Of a stretch of DNA of 64,000 nucleotides, positions 49,127-62,209 are shown in pieces. Location of the stretch: the NCBI GenBank assembly GCA_026770705.1, contig JANJGN010000013.1:138880001-138944000 (forward strand), in the 5' to 3' direction. This DNA is from Isurus oxyrinchus. Lineage: Eukaryota. Under the pieces are notes generated by a model. It was not told where the DNA came from and did no database searches. It saw only the letters and a list, made by a program, of their open reading frames with translations. Numbering within the stretch: the first letter of the stretch is position 1; the number at the start of each line of letters is the position of its first letter. Both the position numbers and the translations under genes were made by a program.

Positions 49127-50690
49127 ACCCCTCAGGTTCAATGAAGCATCCATCGAGCACCTTTTGGATGCAGTGGAGGCTCGCTGAGATGTCTTCTACC
49201 CCAGCTTTGGCTGCAGGATGGGCAGCGACATCACCACTCCAGCTTGGGAGGCGGGTGTCAGCGGTGGTCAGCACCAATGCCCTGCAAAATAGGTCAGCCA
49301 CCAGTGCCACAAGAGGATGAACGATCTCCTCCATTCCACCAGGGGAAGTCACTCTTCTCATCACTCCCAACTCACACACTCACAAAGCCATCACACACCC
49401 ACAGGGCCCTCACTCACTGCCAGTTCAAGGGACATCACCATTCACTCTCTCACACTCACCTTCATTGTCCTCATCCCATCCATGGGACCACTTATCAACA
49501 TCACATGCCAGGCATACTTATCATCTGGCCTGGCAGGCACCCTGCTTCCGCCAATCCCTTGAACTGGCAGTGAGTGAGGGCCCTGTGAGTGTGTGATGGG
49601 TTTGTGAGTGTGTGAGTTGAGAGTGATGAGAAGAGTGACTCACCCTGGCGGAATGGAGGAGATCATTCATCCTCTTGTGGAGCTACAAAGAGTCAGCCAA
49701 GGGCCTTGGGGCACCCATAGGGAGGATCATCAGCAGATGCACCTCCCTGGGGCCATCCATCCAGGTGACTCGAGGCGTGTCTGGCCCATCTGAATCCCCT
49801 CTTCCAGCTCCACAGGCTGAGGAGAGTGCCACTGCCTCACAGCAGGACCCTCCAAGTCTCGGCCCTCCAGAGGACGGCATCTAAGGTCATCACAGACAGT
49901 CAGCAGGGTGCCTCTACCTCCACTGTAGATGTCGGGGGAACATCAAGACAAAGCAGCAGGGTTAGGAAAGTTAAGAAGAGGTAACTCTTTTGGAGTTAAA
50001 CAATTAAACTAAATTAACAAAATAAGGGATAAATCAAGCACAGCCCCTAAATCAGGTCAGCTGTAAAACTAAGGACAAAGTTGTAGTTGCACAGTCTGGA
50101 TGCGAGTGTTAATCACTTGTACGTGCTGTTCTCTATTGTCCATAAACTCCCAAGAATGTCTCCCTGCCTATGGCTCCTTGTTCTGATGAGCAGTGTTTAT
50201 GTCACTCAGATGTGAAACCTTTCTACACAAGATAAAGGCAGGTGTCTCAGTCTAGGGCCTCTTCCCTGTGCTCTGTGCAGCCTTCAAACCAAAGGTGATG
50301 TTCCGGCCTCACACTCCCTGGACACATTACTGATGCCTGCTCCTCGATGGTGCTGGTCATTGCTGCCAGAATGTCGTGGGCAGGCGTCACAGACTTCCGT
50401 CATTCTCTCTGTATGCTCTCAGCACCTTTAAGGTGGGGCTGGCCCCCACCTCTTCAGCATCTGTGACCAGTGACCTGTGCTCCTGAAGGGGTCAGGTGCT
50501 GAAGGTGGATAAAGGATCTGATCCTTTTAAAGTTTCATGGCTGCATCTCTATGATATGATGCTGATCACAGAGCGAAAGTGAGCTGCCCTCGTCCAGACA
50601 GGAGTCAGACATTCTCAGAGGCTTGTGGAGATCTATGGAGTGTCCTCCCTGCATGTCAGCACCATCCTCCTGGAATTGAGCAACTATTAG
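48801..50690 (+). mobile_element. Decayed PIF/Harbinger element with Myb/SANT-like accessory gene remnant
   Basis: 49070-49330 reads PPKGKKTAAP..RFNEASIEHLLDAVEAR*DVFY..PAWEA..VVSTNA..RSAT.CHKRMNDL (Myb/SANT-like). Right boundary uncertain. Confidence 0.7.
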
Positions 50691-50695
50691 GGCCT

Positions 50696-51583
50696 ATAAG
50701 ACTGTAAGACCATAAGACATAGGAGCAGAAGTAGGCCATTCGGCCCACCGAGTCTGCTCCGTCATTCAATGAGATCATGGCAGATCTGATGATCCTCAAC
50801 TCTACTTTCCTGCATTTTCCCATAACCCTTGATTCCCTTCCTGATTAAAAATCTGTCTATCTCAGCCTTGAATATACCTAATGACCCAGCCTCTATTGCC
50901 CTCTGTGGTAAAGAATTCCACAGATTCACTACTCTCCGAGAGAAGACATTCCTCCTCATCGCTGTCTTAAATGGGGGCCTTCTTACTCTGAGGTTATGCC
51001 CTCTGGTCCAAGGCTCTCCCACAAGGGGAAACAATCTCTCAGCATCTACCCTGTCAAGCCCCCTAAGAATCTTACATGTTTCAAGGTTGCCTCTCATTCT
51101 TCTAAACTCCAATGAGCACAGGCTCAACCTACTCAACCTCTCCTCATAAGAAAACCCCTCCATACCCGGGATTAACCTAGTGAATCTCCTCTAGGCTGCC
51201 TCCAATGCCAGTATATCTTTCCTTAGATAAGGGGACCAAAACTGTTCTCCATGTTCTAGGTGTGGTCTAACTAGTGCCTTGTATGGTTTTAGCAAGACTT
51301 CCCTATTTTCATACTCCATTCCCTTTGAAATAAAGGCCAACATTCCATTTGCCTTCCATATTACCTACTGAACTTGTATGTTAGCTTCATGCACAAGGAC
51401 TCCCAAACCCCTCTGTGCTGCAGCATTCTGCCGTTTTTCTCCATTTAAATAATATTCATCTCCTTTATTCTTCCAAAGTGCATAACCTCACATTTTCCCA
51501 CATTATATTCCCTCTGCCAAATTTTTGCCCACTCACTTAACCTGTCTGTATCCCTCTGTAGACTCCTTGTGTCATCTTCACCA
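50696..51583 (-). mobile_element. CR1 LINE 3' fragment
   Basis: ORF 50762-51163 SYEERL..LEFRRMRG..RRVVNLWNSLP; (TAAGAC)n tail at 50696-50720. Confidence 0.92.
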
Positions 51584-51990
51584 CAAAATCCTGGAACCCT
51601 CTCCCTAACAGCACTGTGGGTGTACCTACACTGCATGGACCGCAATGGTTCAAGAAGATGGCTCACCACCATCTTCTCAAAAGCAATTAGGGAAGGGAAA
51701 TAAATGCTGGCCTAGGCAGCGATGCTGATATAACATGAATTAATTATAAATAAAACCTGCATGTAGGGTTATATAATCAGTTTCAGGACATTAGACTGCT
51801 GAAGGTTTAAACCACCAGGCTCAGCATGGGCAATGAACCAGGGCAGAGAGATGGAGGCAGGGGTTAAGCTGCAGACACCTGTGACCACAAAGGTTTCAGT
51901 CTTGCAACATTATGCATCCAGTACTAGATTATGACTATACAGTTCGGAGAGCACAGAGGTGGTTGAGGATTCAAGGGTGCAGCCAGAGGG

Positions 51991-53101
51991 TGTAACAACT
52001 TGTCCCCAGGCCCGGTCCCCAATTTGTTAACTTCCCGAATGGACCCCAATTTTGTTTTGCTCCTGGGTCAGGAGGACTGATCTGTCTCCCCTTCTTTATT
52101 CAATCCCCTTCGGTTGGTCGCAACAAGGTTAATTTAAAGGTGATCCCTTCCCCCGCGGATACCTTTTTCCAGTCCAACTGTAATTTTTAGAAGGAGCTAA
52201 TTTAACCAGGCTTCCTTGAGTCAAAGAAACAGTAAGTTTATTAATTACTAAAATCTCAAGAAAAATAATAAAAGTGCAACACACATGCACACAGGTCAGA
52301 AATGAGAAGTTAAGAGTCCAAATAAAAGTTTAAAAAGATATATGAATCAATCTTTGGCTTGTCTGTGAGGCATAGATGGCAAAACATTGTGGCCATTAAG
52401 TTGGCTGATTCCAGTAGAGTGTGGCAGTTTCACAGTGGGTTTGGAGACACTTGGTTCTGCAGGTTAACTGAAGAAGCTGCCCTATTTTCTTTTTGATTGT
52501 GTCTTCTGCTGACTTGCCTCCTGCAATGGAGAGACAGAGAGAGAGAGAGACTTTGCCTGCAACTGCAGGGGTGACTAGTTGGTTTTCTTGTGCTGTCACA
52601 TTCACAGGCACACTAGCACTGCCCTGCGGCTAGCTTTTTAGCCCATTTTCCCTTGCATATTCCTGTAAGGGGAAAAAAACCATGTCTTGTGTCCAGAGTC
52701 TGTTTTCTTTGATCTCCAACCACTTTGCACATTCTGAGATATGAATCAACAGGAGTTGGATTTTAGATGACTGTTGAGACATGTAATCAGTCTTTTGTCT
52801 CTGCAACCACAGGCAATTAAAGTTCAGTCTTTTGCATCTTTCCTATTTCCCTTTTAAATGTCTCTGCTTGAAGAAGGCCATGACACCTTTTCAGATGCAA
52901 CATTCCATGTTCTCTCAGGACAGCTCTGTCAGTATAATCCACATAGGAATTTTCTAAAAAGTGGTCACTTTACATTATCAGCCATCTTTTGCTCAGTGTT
53001 CTTGCTTGTTTTTCTTTAAAAACGCACATGTCTTCCTTAAAGAGTTTAATATAACTGTATGACCGTAAGTAATTTGTAGCTATAATCAACTTTTCATGAC
53101 A
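51991..53101 (-). repeat. 3' LTR of the Gmr1-like element
   Basis: TGTAACA...CATGACA, colinear with 58028-59090. Confidence 0.9.
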
Positions 53102-56100
53102 TACACACTATCTCCAAGTGTTTGAAAGCAGTAATAAACTGATAGTTTCCATCTCCACTGTAGAGTATTGTTTCTGATGCATGTTTTGCTTTTGGAGAAG
53201 TACCCGATTGGTCTGTATATCTCTGATTTTTCTTCCTGGAGGAGGACAGCCCCTGTCCTGATGTCACTCGCATCAATGGTTTACTTTAAATGCTTTGTTA
53301 AAGTCCGGAGCTGCAAGCACAGGCTCGCCTGTTAAAATGGCTTCCAGCTTTTTGAAAGCTGTCTGACATTTCTCCAGTCCGTACTACCTTGCTTTTTTCT
53401 GTAGTAGGTCTGTCAGCGGGGCAATAGAACTTGCGGTAGAACCCATACATCCCCAAGAACCTCATGATTTCCCATTTTGTGGTGGGAATGGGGAACTGAG
53501 CTACTACTTATACCTTTGTGGCTCTGGGCAGTACTTTTCCTTGACCCACTATGTGTCCTAGGTGAGTCGCCTGAGCCTTAGTGAGCTCACTGTTTGCAAT
53601 CTTGATCACTAGGCCAGCTGACTGTACTTTCTGGCAAGGGGGCTTCCACTTGCTCTAAGTGAGTTTCCAAGGTGTCGCTGTACACTAGGTGGACATCTAG
53701 GTGCTATGCAATCGGAAAAGCCCACCACTACCTGGTTCATCAGCCTCTGAGAGGTGGCTGGGGCATTTCGGAGTCCAAATGGCATGACTTGACACTGGCA
53801 TAAACCATTCGGAGTCACGAAGGTGGAGATTTCCTTCATGTGGGCTGTCAAGGGAACCTGCTAATATCCCTTGAGTAAATCTATCTTCATAATGTAGGCT
53901 GCTTTATTTACCCTATCTATGCAGTCTTCCAGGCAGGGTATAGGGTAGGAGTCGGCTCTGGTCACTGCATGAGCTTTGCGGTTGTCAATGCAGAACCTTG
54001 TGGAGCCGTTCGGCTTGGGCACGAGCACAACTCGGGATCTCCAGCTGCTGCAGCAAGTAGTCAATCTCCTCCCAGACCAGGGCCAGCTTTTCTGGGCTGA
54101 GACGATAGGGATGTTGTCTTATGGAAGGGGCCTTTCCCATTTCCACATCACGTAGAGCCAGTGTGGCGCAGCCTGGCTTGTCTCTGCACGAGCTCTTAAA
54201 TGCAGTGAGCAGCCGCGTCCAGACTGCTCGCTGTTCTCCACTTTGGGTGTGAATAAGGAGTCTAAGTTCGCTAGTACCTCTGTGCTGGTTAGAAGGGTAG
54301 TAGGCATTTCAATGTAAGCCTCACCCAGATCTCCCTCCTATTCATCCTCACTGCTATCCTTATTCTCCAGGTCAGTGACAATGGGACCTCATGATACGTT
54401 GATGCGGTTGATACGTTGAAGATTTCAGTTGGGTCACACCCAGGTTACCCATGACTTCCTGGAATACTTTGGACCGTCTCTTGGCTGCGATATTGCTTTA
54501 TCATGTTGGCATGACGCAGCCTTTGCTTTTGCCCACAATCTGGGGTCTCAATTAGATAGTTTACTGCCCGAGCTTCTTTGCTACTCTGTATGGACCACTT
54601 AACCGAGCTTGGTATTGGTAGGAGCACTAACACATGGGCCAGGATTTCACAGTGCCTCCTGCGCGGTGGGATATTACGGTCCCGCCAAACTGAATAGAAA
54701 TGTAAATGGGAGAAACACTGCGGCAGGGCCATGAAATCCTGGTCCTAGTCTCCTGGCTGAAAGGTCTGGGCCCTGGCATGTTTGTCTGCCCATTTTTTTA
54801 TAGCTGTCTGGGAGATTTTTAAGTGTTCTTGGGCCACATCACAGGCTCTCTATGAGTCACTCCCAGAACATTGTTACATCGTCAAACATGGTGATTTCCT
54901 CCTTCTGTTCTAAAAAACCCTCTCCTTGATTAGTTCCAGAGGCCCTCGCACTTGGTGCCCGTAAACTAATTCAAATGCAGTAAAGCCTGTGGACTCATTG
55001 GGTGGGTCCCTGGTAGCGAACAGCAGAAAACCTAGTCCTCTATCCCAGGCATGGGGGCACTCCTGGCAGTATGCCCTGTTCATTGATTTTAGGGTCTGGT
55101 GGGACCGTTCTTGTGCCCCCTCTGACTGCGGTTGATACGTTGAAGATTTCAGTTGGGTCACACCCAGGTTACCGATGACTTCCTGGAATACTTTGGACAT
55201 GACATTTGAGCCCTGATCCGTCTGGATCTCGGTGGGCAGACCATACCTGGTAAAGAATTGGGTTCATTCTCTCACCATTGTTTTGGCAGGTATTCTTCTT
55301 AGGTGAACAGTCTCTGGGAAGCGGGTAGCCACATCCATGATAGTAAGGAAAAACCGGCCACGCAGTCCACTAACTGAATGGTTCCCTGAAGGCTGACATG
55401 GGAACCGTAGGTGCAAGTTCTATTGCAGGTTGGGGTTTTCCCATAACCTGGCAGGCGTGGCAGGTTCTGTAAAACCTCACTACATCCCTGTGGAGGTGCG
55501 GCCAGTAAAAATGCTGGCTGATGCAGGCTTCAGTTTTGCATATACCAAGATGCCCAGCCATTAGAATTTCACAAGCTACCAGTAATAATTCCCTATGGCA
55601 CCACTGCCTGGTGGATCACTGTCCGCTTCTTGTTTGCAGGCCTGTGAGAGGGTCTCCATTTCCTCATTAGCGCCTCATCTTTAATGTAGTAGCATTCAGG
55701 GACTGCTTCTGCCCCAGCTTCATTGTGTGCAGAATGAACTAATGTTTTTAACAGTGGGCCAACTTGCGTGGCTGCTACCAAGGAAGATCTATTGATTAGC
55801 TCCTTAGGGCCTTCTAGATTCCTGGGAAAGGTTTCAGATAACCAAACCCTGGGGCCTTCTGTCAGCAGTGCCACTTCAGCCTCCACTTGCTTGGCCAAAG
55901 ACCATGTTACCACACACTCAGGGAAAATGCCAGGCACTTTCTCCTGTAGCTGTTCTGTCTCCCTGACCTCAGTGGGCTTCTCTAAGACCACTGGGGATGC
56001 TATTACCTTTGATCCTGCCTGGTTATTGCCAAGGAGCAGGTCAACCCCATCCACAGGCAAACTAGGGACAACTCCCATGGTCACTGGCCCTGGCACAAGG

Positions 56101-57229
56101 TCACACGCCAGATGCACCTGGTATAAAGGGATGGACACGTACCCTCCTTCAATCCCCTTTACCAACAACTTGGCACTTACTGCACTCTCTGGTGGAAAGA
56201 TCATGCCTTTTTCCAGCAGTAGAGTTTGGCTGGTCCTTGTATCCCTCTGTATCATGATCGGCTTACTCACCTCACCCTAGGGAAATGTGGCCACCACTCC
56301 ATCAGAGACAAAATCCTTGTAACCCTCGGGGATTTGTTTAATCTCACCCGCACTCTCAGGAGTGCATCTACAGGGATTCACAGCCGCAGTAAGAGTCATA
56401 GCCTAGCCTGCCACACTTTCTGAATGACTCCCATTCTCTGCACAGGGTGCATGTACCCCAAAAGGTCCCACTGGTTTTTCCAGTAACCTCCAGCAGTTGG
56501 CCTGGAGGTGCCCTACCTTTCGGCAGTTAAAGCACACAAGGCTTCTTGGCCTCACTTCTCATCTCAGCACCACCCTTTCTGTCCAGCATTTCCCTCTCTC
56601 CCATGGGTGCTCAGTTTCCTATCAATCTCCCCACCTCCATCCTTTCCAGTTGGTTAGGGTGACGAGGGGAGGGTCTCCTCTGGGACAAGAATCTGTGGAT
56701 CAATTCATAAACATCAGCCAGTGTGGCTGCCTGCGTGACCCCTGTTACCCTTTGTTCCTCCAGGTGTGTTCTTATTGTATGAAGCTTTTAAAACTCCTCA
56801 AGGAGAATTATTTCACAGAGGCTTTTGCGTGTGGCTTCTGTTTTAAGTGCCCGGACCCACTGGTCAAAAGCAAGTTGCTTAAGCCTTTCAAATTCCAGGT
56901 ACACCTGGTCAGGCCATTTCCTGAGGGTCTGGAATTTCTGACTGTATGCCTCTGGCACTAACTGGTACGCACTTAAAATAGGCTTTTTTGCTGCCTCATA
57001 GTCAGGCAAACACAAGAGTGAGGCAAGAGGGAGTAAACTTCCTGACCTTTTCCAGAAAGCTTACCCTGCAGTGGTAAGGACCAATGTTGACCTGGCCACA
57101 TTGACAGCTGAGCTAACCGCTCAAAAGAGATAAGGAAGCTTCCATCTCTGCTTCATCAAATTTAGGGATTAAATGAGCGAACCGGATTGCTTCAGCCCTT
57201 AAGTCTGAGCTAGTGGTGTCTTCAAGGGT

Positions 57230-57521
57230 AATACCACCACCATCAACACTCCTCTGTCCTTTTGTCTATGACATCTTTGGCAGTCTCTTCTGGGCCTCCA
57301 CCTATCATTGGCTCTCTGTTGAGCTCTCCTGTCCCACCCCCTTCTTCCAACTTATATTTCATCTCATTTCTATATGTCTTAGTTCTGATGAAGGGTCATC
57401 CAGACTCGAAACATCAACTGTGTCCCTCTCCACAGATGCTGTCAGGCCTGCTGAGCTTTTCTGGGTATTTTTTGCTTTTGTTCTAGATTTCCAGCGTCCG
57501 CAGTATTTTGCTTTTATCTTT
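57230..57521 (+). mobile_element. PLE terminal repeat inserted in the Gmr1 gag
   Basis: 13-bp TSD GTGTCTTCAAGGG (57217-57229 and 57522-57534). Confidence 0.85.
57381..57419 (+). ncRNA. Minimal hammerhead ribozyme motif, canonical core
   Basis: AGTT-CTGATGA-A-GGGTC-ATCCA-GACTC-GAAAC-ATC-AACT. Confidence 0.7.
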
Positions 57522-58004
57522 GTGTCTTCAAGGGATGCAGTAGGTTTCCTGCCCCTCAGCTCGAACTGTTTTAGCTTAAACTCCCTTTCCCTCGCTCTGT
57601 CCTGAAATTCCCTCTCTTCTCTCCGTGCCCTCTCCTGTCTTTCCTCTTTCTCTCTTTCCCTGTCATTTCTAATTTCCTCTGCTCCAACCACTGCTCTATC
57701 CCTTTCCTCGCCCTCGATTTCCGCCTGCAGACTGTCAGCCGCCCCTTTTTGAAATTTCAGGTTTTCTGGCTTTCAGGTGAAATTCTAATCCTAAATGCCT
57801 CACTCACTCCTTTAACTCTTCGAGGCCAGCTGTTAAGTTTTCATAACTAAAGTCCCTTCCATCTGTAAAAACACTGGCATCAAATGTGGACATTTTTACA
57901 CTTTAGTAGGCAGATATGAGAAAACCTTTTGCGGTTTTTAAAAATTGGTTTCAAAGAAACAATTTACTTTCCCCATTCTAATTTTTGTTTTGTCTGTGTC
58001 AACT

Positions 58005-58024
58005 ATTCCGGCACCGAGCCCCCA
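58005..58024 (-). promoter_or_regulatory. Primer-binding site, tRNA-Pro type
   Basis: TGGGGGCTCGGTGCCGGAAT versus the canonical Pro PBS TGGGGGCTCGTCCGGGAT, 3 nt after the LTR end. Confidence 0.75.
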
Positions 58025-58027
58025 ATT

Positions 58028-59090
58028 TATTACAACTGGTCCCCCGGACGAGTTCCTTTAATTTTTTAACTTCCTGAATGGGACCCCAATTTTGTTACAT
58101 TCCTGGGTGAGGATAGATGATCTAGCTTCCCTTCTTTTATTCAACCCCACCAGCCCCCCTCCCCACCCTCAGTTGGTTGCAGCAAAGTTAATTTAAAGGG
58201 ATCCCTTTCCCTGTGAGTACCTTTTCCAGTCCAAATGTTTTGTAAGTTTGTTAGTTACTAAAAACCCAAGAAAAATAATAAAAAAAAAGCAGCACACATA
58301 TGCACAGGTTAGAAATGAGAAGTTAAGAGTCCAAATAAAAGTTGAAAAAGATATACAAATCAGTCTTTGGCTTGTCTGTGAGGCGTCAATGGCAATACAT
58401 TGCACCTGTTAAGTTGAATGATTCCAGTAGAGCTGACATTGGCAGTTTCGCAGTGTGTTTGGAGACACTTGGTTCTGCAGGATAGCTGAAGAAGCTGCCT
58501 TATTTCCTTTTCAGTTGTGTCTTCTGCTGACTTGCCTCCAGCAACACAGAGAGAGAGAGAGAGAGAGAGACTTTGCCTGCAACTGCAGGGGTGGGGGTGC
58601 CTAGTTGGTCTTCTTGAGCTGTCACTTTCACAGCACGCCAGCAAAACAGCACTGTTCTGCAGCTAGCTTTTTAACCCATTTTCCCCTGCATATTCCTATA
58701 AGGGAAAAAAACCATGCCTTGTGCCCAGAGTCTGTTTTCTTTGAACTCCAACCATTCTACACATTCTGAGATCTGCATTAACAGGAATTGGGTTTTAGAT
58801 GACTGCTGAGACATGGTAATCAATCTTTTGTCTCTACAGCCGCGGGAGATTAAAGTTCAGTCTTTTGCATCTTTCCTATCTCCCTTTTAAGTGTCTGCTG
58901 TCCATGTTCTCTCAGGACAGGTCTGTCAGTATAATCCACAAAGGGATTTTCCAGAAAGTGGTCCCTTTACATTATCAGCCATCTTTTGCTCAGTACCCTT
59001 GCTTGTATTTCTTTAAAAACACACGTGCCTTCCTTAAAAAGCTCAATATGTCTTTAAGTAATTCGTGGCTGTAATCAGCTTTTCATGACA
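58028..59090 (-). repeat. 5' LTR of the Gmr1-like element
   Basis: Colinear with 51991-53101, followed on the minus strand by the PBS. Confidence 0.9.
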
Positions 59091-59424
59091 AGAGGAGGCC
59101 TACATCACAACGTCTACTAAGGTTGATCTAATTATGCCCGCAGCGAGATACAATAAAGATCCAGAAAAGTGCGGAACCAAGACTGGAACCTAGGCACATA
59201 CGTGAGATAACTGTGCAGAGCTGATAGGTGTACCAACCTGCAAATGAATTTAGAAAATAATTAAGACTTGCATCGTTTGTCATATTTCTTTATTAAGCGT
59301 GTTGTATGTGTGTGATGTGTCCGCACTTGGAAATAACATTGGCAGATTAAGAAGTTGTCACGAAAAGCAGATCAGAGATTTTATTATGCAGCTTGAATTT
59401 GAAATAGAGCCACGGAATTGTAAA

Positions 59425-60860
59425 CAGAAAGAGGTTATTCAGTCCATCATGCCCCCTGCTGGCTCTTTGAAAGAGCTACCAATTAGCCCCACTTCCCTGC
59501 TATTTTCCCCATAGCCCAGTGAATTTTTTCCATAGCCCCAAGTGAAAAATCTGTTGGCACGGCACCAACCAGAAACCCGGCTGCTCCACAGTGATAATAC
59601 ACTAGGGGCAGCTTTAATAGATTTAAAGTAGGACTTCTGCCTCTACAGGATAGGAGGACCCCTACCTTCCCACCAGGTTCGAGTACTAGCCCTGCTGGGA
59701 GTACAAGCTGTCCCTGGGTAAGTGTCATGGATGCTGGACGTCAGTCTGGGGATTTTGGACAGGCCTATCTGACAGACCCTAGTGAGGACGGGGTGAGAGC
59801 TATGGGCCATGTTTTAGAAGCCCTGGATGGAGGCTTAAAGGGGAGGGTACAATTTTAGTGGGAGGTGCCTCCTTCACTTGGCTATGGGGAAAGAGCAGGG
59901 AAGTGGGGCTAATTGGATAGGTCTTTCAAAGATCCAATGGACTCCCCAAAGAAAGTGCACCCTCTTCCTGCCCACCATCAGCCCGCGTTGTTTCTGCCTT
60001 CCCCTGCCACATGTATTATAACGTGGGAGATAGAATGAGACCCTTAAATGGCCAGTTGTCACTTAAGGGCCTCAATAAGTCCAAGGACAGGAGCTAAGTC
60101 AGGGGTGGACAGAAGGCTGGTAGGCAGAATACCTGTTTTATTTTATGGCCCCCCCACCACCCCCAACCCCCCCCTGCCTTCAAATACTCCGGTGGCAAGG
60201 GAGGGGGTGGGGTAAAGTTTACCCCTATGAACCTGCTTCCACTGCCCTTTTAAGTTTATTCCAGATCACAGTAACTTGCTTGTTCTTCCCATCTCACCTC
60301 TGTTTCTTTTACAAGTGACCTCAGGTCTCTGTCCTCTAGTTACTGACCCTTCTGCCACTGGAAAGTTTCTCTTTATTTACTCTATCAAAACCAGTCATGA
60401 CTTTGAACATCTCTATCAAATCTCCTCTTCACCTTGTCAGCTTCTTCAGTCTCCACACAACTGAAGTCACTCATCTCTGGTACCATCACCTCTGCTCCTT
60501 GTGACATCCTTCCTAAAGAACGATGCTTAAAACACTTCAGCTGGGGCTCAACAAACATTTTGCTCAGGTTTAATATGATTTCCTTGGTTTTGTACTCTAT
60601 GCCTCCATTTATAAAGCCAAAAATCCTGTTTTTTTTTTACAGACTTCCCAACCTGTCCTGTCACCTTCAAAGGCTTGTGTACATACACCCCCAACCCCCA
60701 GGTCTCTCTGTTCTTTCTCTCTCTTTAAGACCAAACCATTAACTTTTTATTACCTCACCTCATTCTTCCCAGCAAAAGCTAACATTTTACACTTCCCTGT
60801 GTTAACTTCCTTCTTTCGTATGTCTGCCCATTTCACCAGTCTGTCAGTGACTATCCTCAC
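59425..60860 (-). mobile_element. Old CR1 fragment split by a Harbinger-type MITE (about 59515-60224)
   Basis: CR1 3' UTR-like ATTCAGTCCATCATGCC and CTGCTTCCACTGCCCTTT. MITE end GTAAAGTTTACCCC with GCCAGTT.TCACTTAAGGGCC motif. Confidence 0.55.
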
Positions 60861-61196
60861 TGGTTATGACATACACCCTACTGCACTGCTATTACACTTA
60901 GTTCCATTGCCAATGCAGCCATTCTGTGACTTCTTTCCATGAGATTGGCCGATATAAAGTCAAACTGATAAGCGACAGTATGGAGCTGGTGGCACTATTA
61001 AAAGAATACAGATCACTACCAGTTAATTCATGTGAAATAAAGAGTGCATCCATGGCTGACACTGCTGACTCTTGCTCTCAATGTTTGTGAATTACGTAGC
61101 CATCACCACTCTGTTTTACTTTTGCACAAACACATGTTCCCATATTTTCATTATAGTAGTGAACAACTTCAAAAGTACAGTACTTTATTATTGTAT

Positions 61197-61640
61197 GAGC
61201 ATAAGAAATAGAAACAGGAGGTCGTACCGCTGCTCAAGTCAGCTCCAACATTCAATAAGATCATGGCTGATCTTTGACCTCAGTTCCACCTTCCCACACC
61301 ATCCCCAGGTCCCTTACTTTCCTTAGTATCCAAAAATCTATTGATGTGAGTCTTTGAATTTGCTTAATGGCTGAGCATCCACAGTCCTCTGGGGTAATTA
61401 CAAATATCCACAATCCTCAGAGCAAAGAAATTTGTCCTCACCTTAGTCCTGAATGATCAAACCTTTATTCCGAAACTGTGGTCTCATGTTCGAGGCTAGG
61501 CCCAGGGAGGGGTCAAATCATCCCAGCATCTACCCTGCCAAGCCCCTTAAGAATTTGATATATTTCAGTTAGACCACTCTCATTCTCCTAAACTCCAAGG
61601 AATATAGGCCTAGTCTACTCAATCTCCCCTCATAGGCAAA
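61197..61640 (-). mobile_element. Old CR1 3' fragment
   Basis: CATTCAATAAGATCATGGCTGATC, CATCTACCCTGCCAAGCCCC, TCTACTCAATCTCCCCTCATAG. Confidence 0.7.
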
Positions 61641-62209
61641 TCCCTGCATTGTAAAGCACTTTGCAATAGTCTGAGGCCTCGACAGGTGCCATATGAATTC
61701 AAATCTTTCTTTTCTCCTATTGTCAATTCTTTATTGACCATATCACAGCCTTTGGAAGTATTTGTTTTAACTATAAAGTAATAAAGACATGAATATATCA
61801 ATCAGAAATGAAGTGCTTTAATGTGCTTTGATGGTTTTGGAGTACCCGTGCGCTTTAATATTCCAGCGACAGCCCTTTAGAGATCATGTTTGTTTATTTT
61901 TTTTAAGAGATTATTTTTATTGCTGTCTAGTCTGTGGTTTGTTCAAGTTGACAGCAGGCAATCAGAAAAAGAGTGAGGCTGAAGGTTTTGCGAAAATTGC
62001 ATTTTAACACCATGATAATATCTGTGTGTTAAACATCAGGGTAGGGTGTGGGATTGGGACTGAGCAACAATAACTCTGACCTTCATTTAAGGATAAGACA
62101 TAATTCTCCATTGCAGGTCCTTATGTTGGTCACTAGGGAGAATTGCTAGAGCACATGCGGTTTTTAAACATTTAAACAATAACAGCAAAACCTTAAAGAT
62201 TACACTGGT

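Larger units (their letters stand above)
51991..59090 (-). mobile_element. Decayed two-LTR Gmr1-like Gypsy retrotransposon (gag-PR-IN-RT-RH order)
   Basis: LTRs 58028-59090 and 51991-53101. Gag YQLVPEAYSQKF..IILLEEF, knuckle CFNCRKVGHLQANC, PR RDTRTSQTL, IN GHLG..FYWP..CHACQ and YQPQSEGAQER upstream of RT VLVPKPNGSTRFCID and VMPFGLRNAPAT. Flanks AGAGGG/AGAGGA. Confidence 0.93.
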
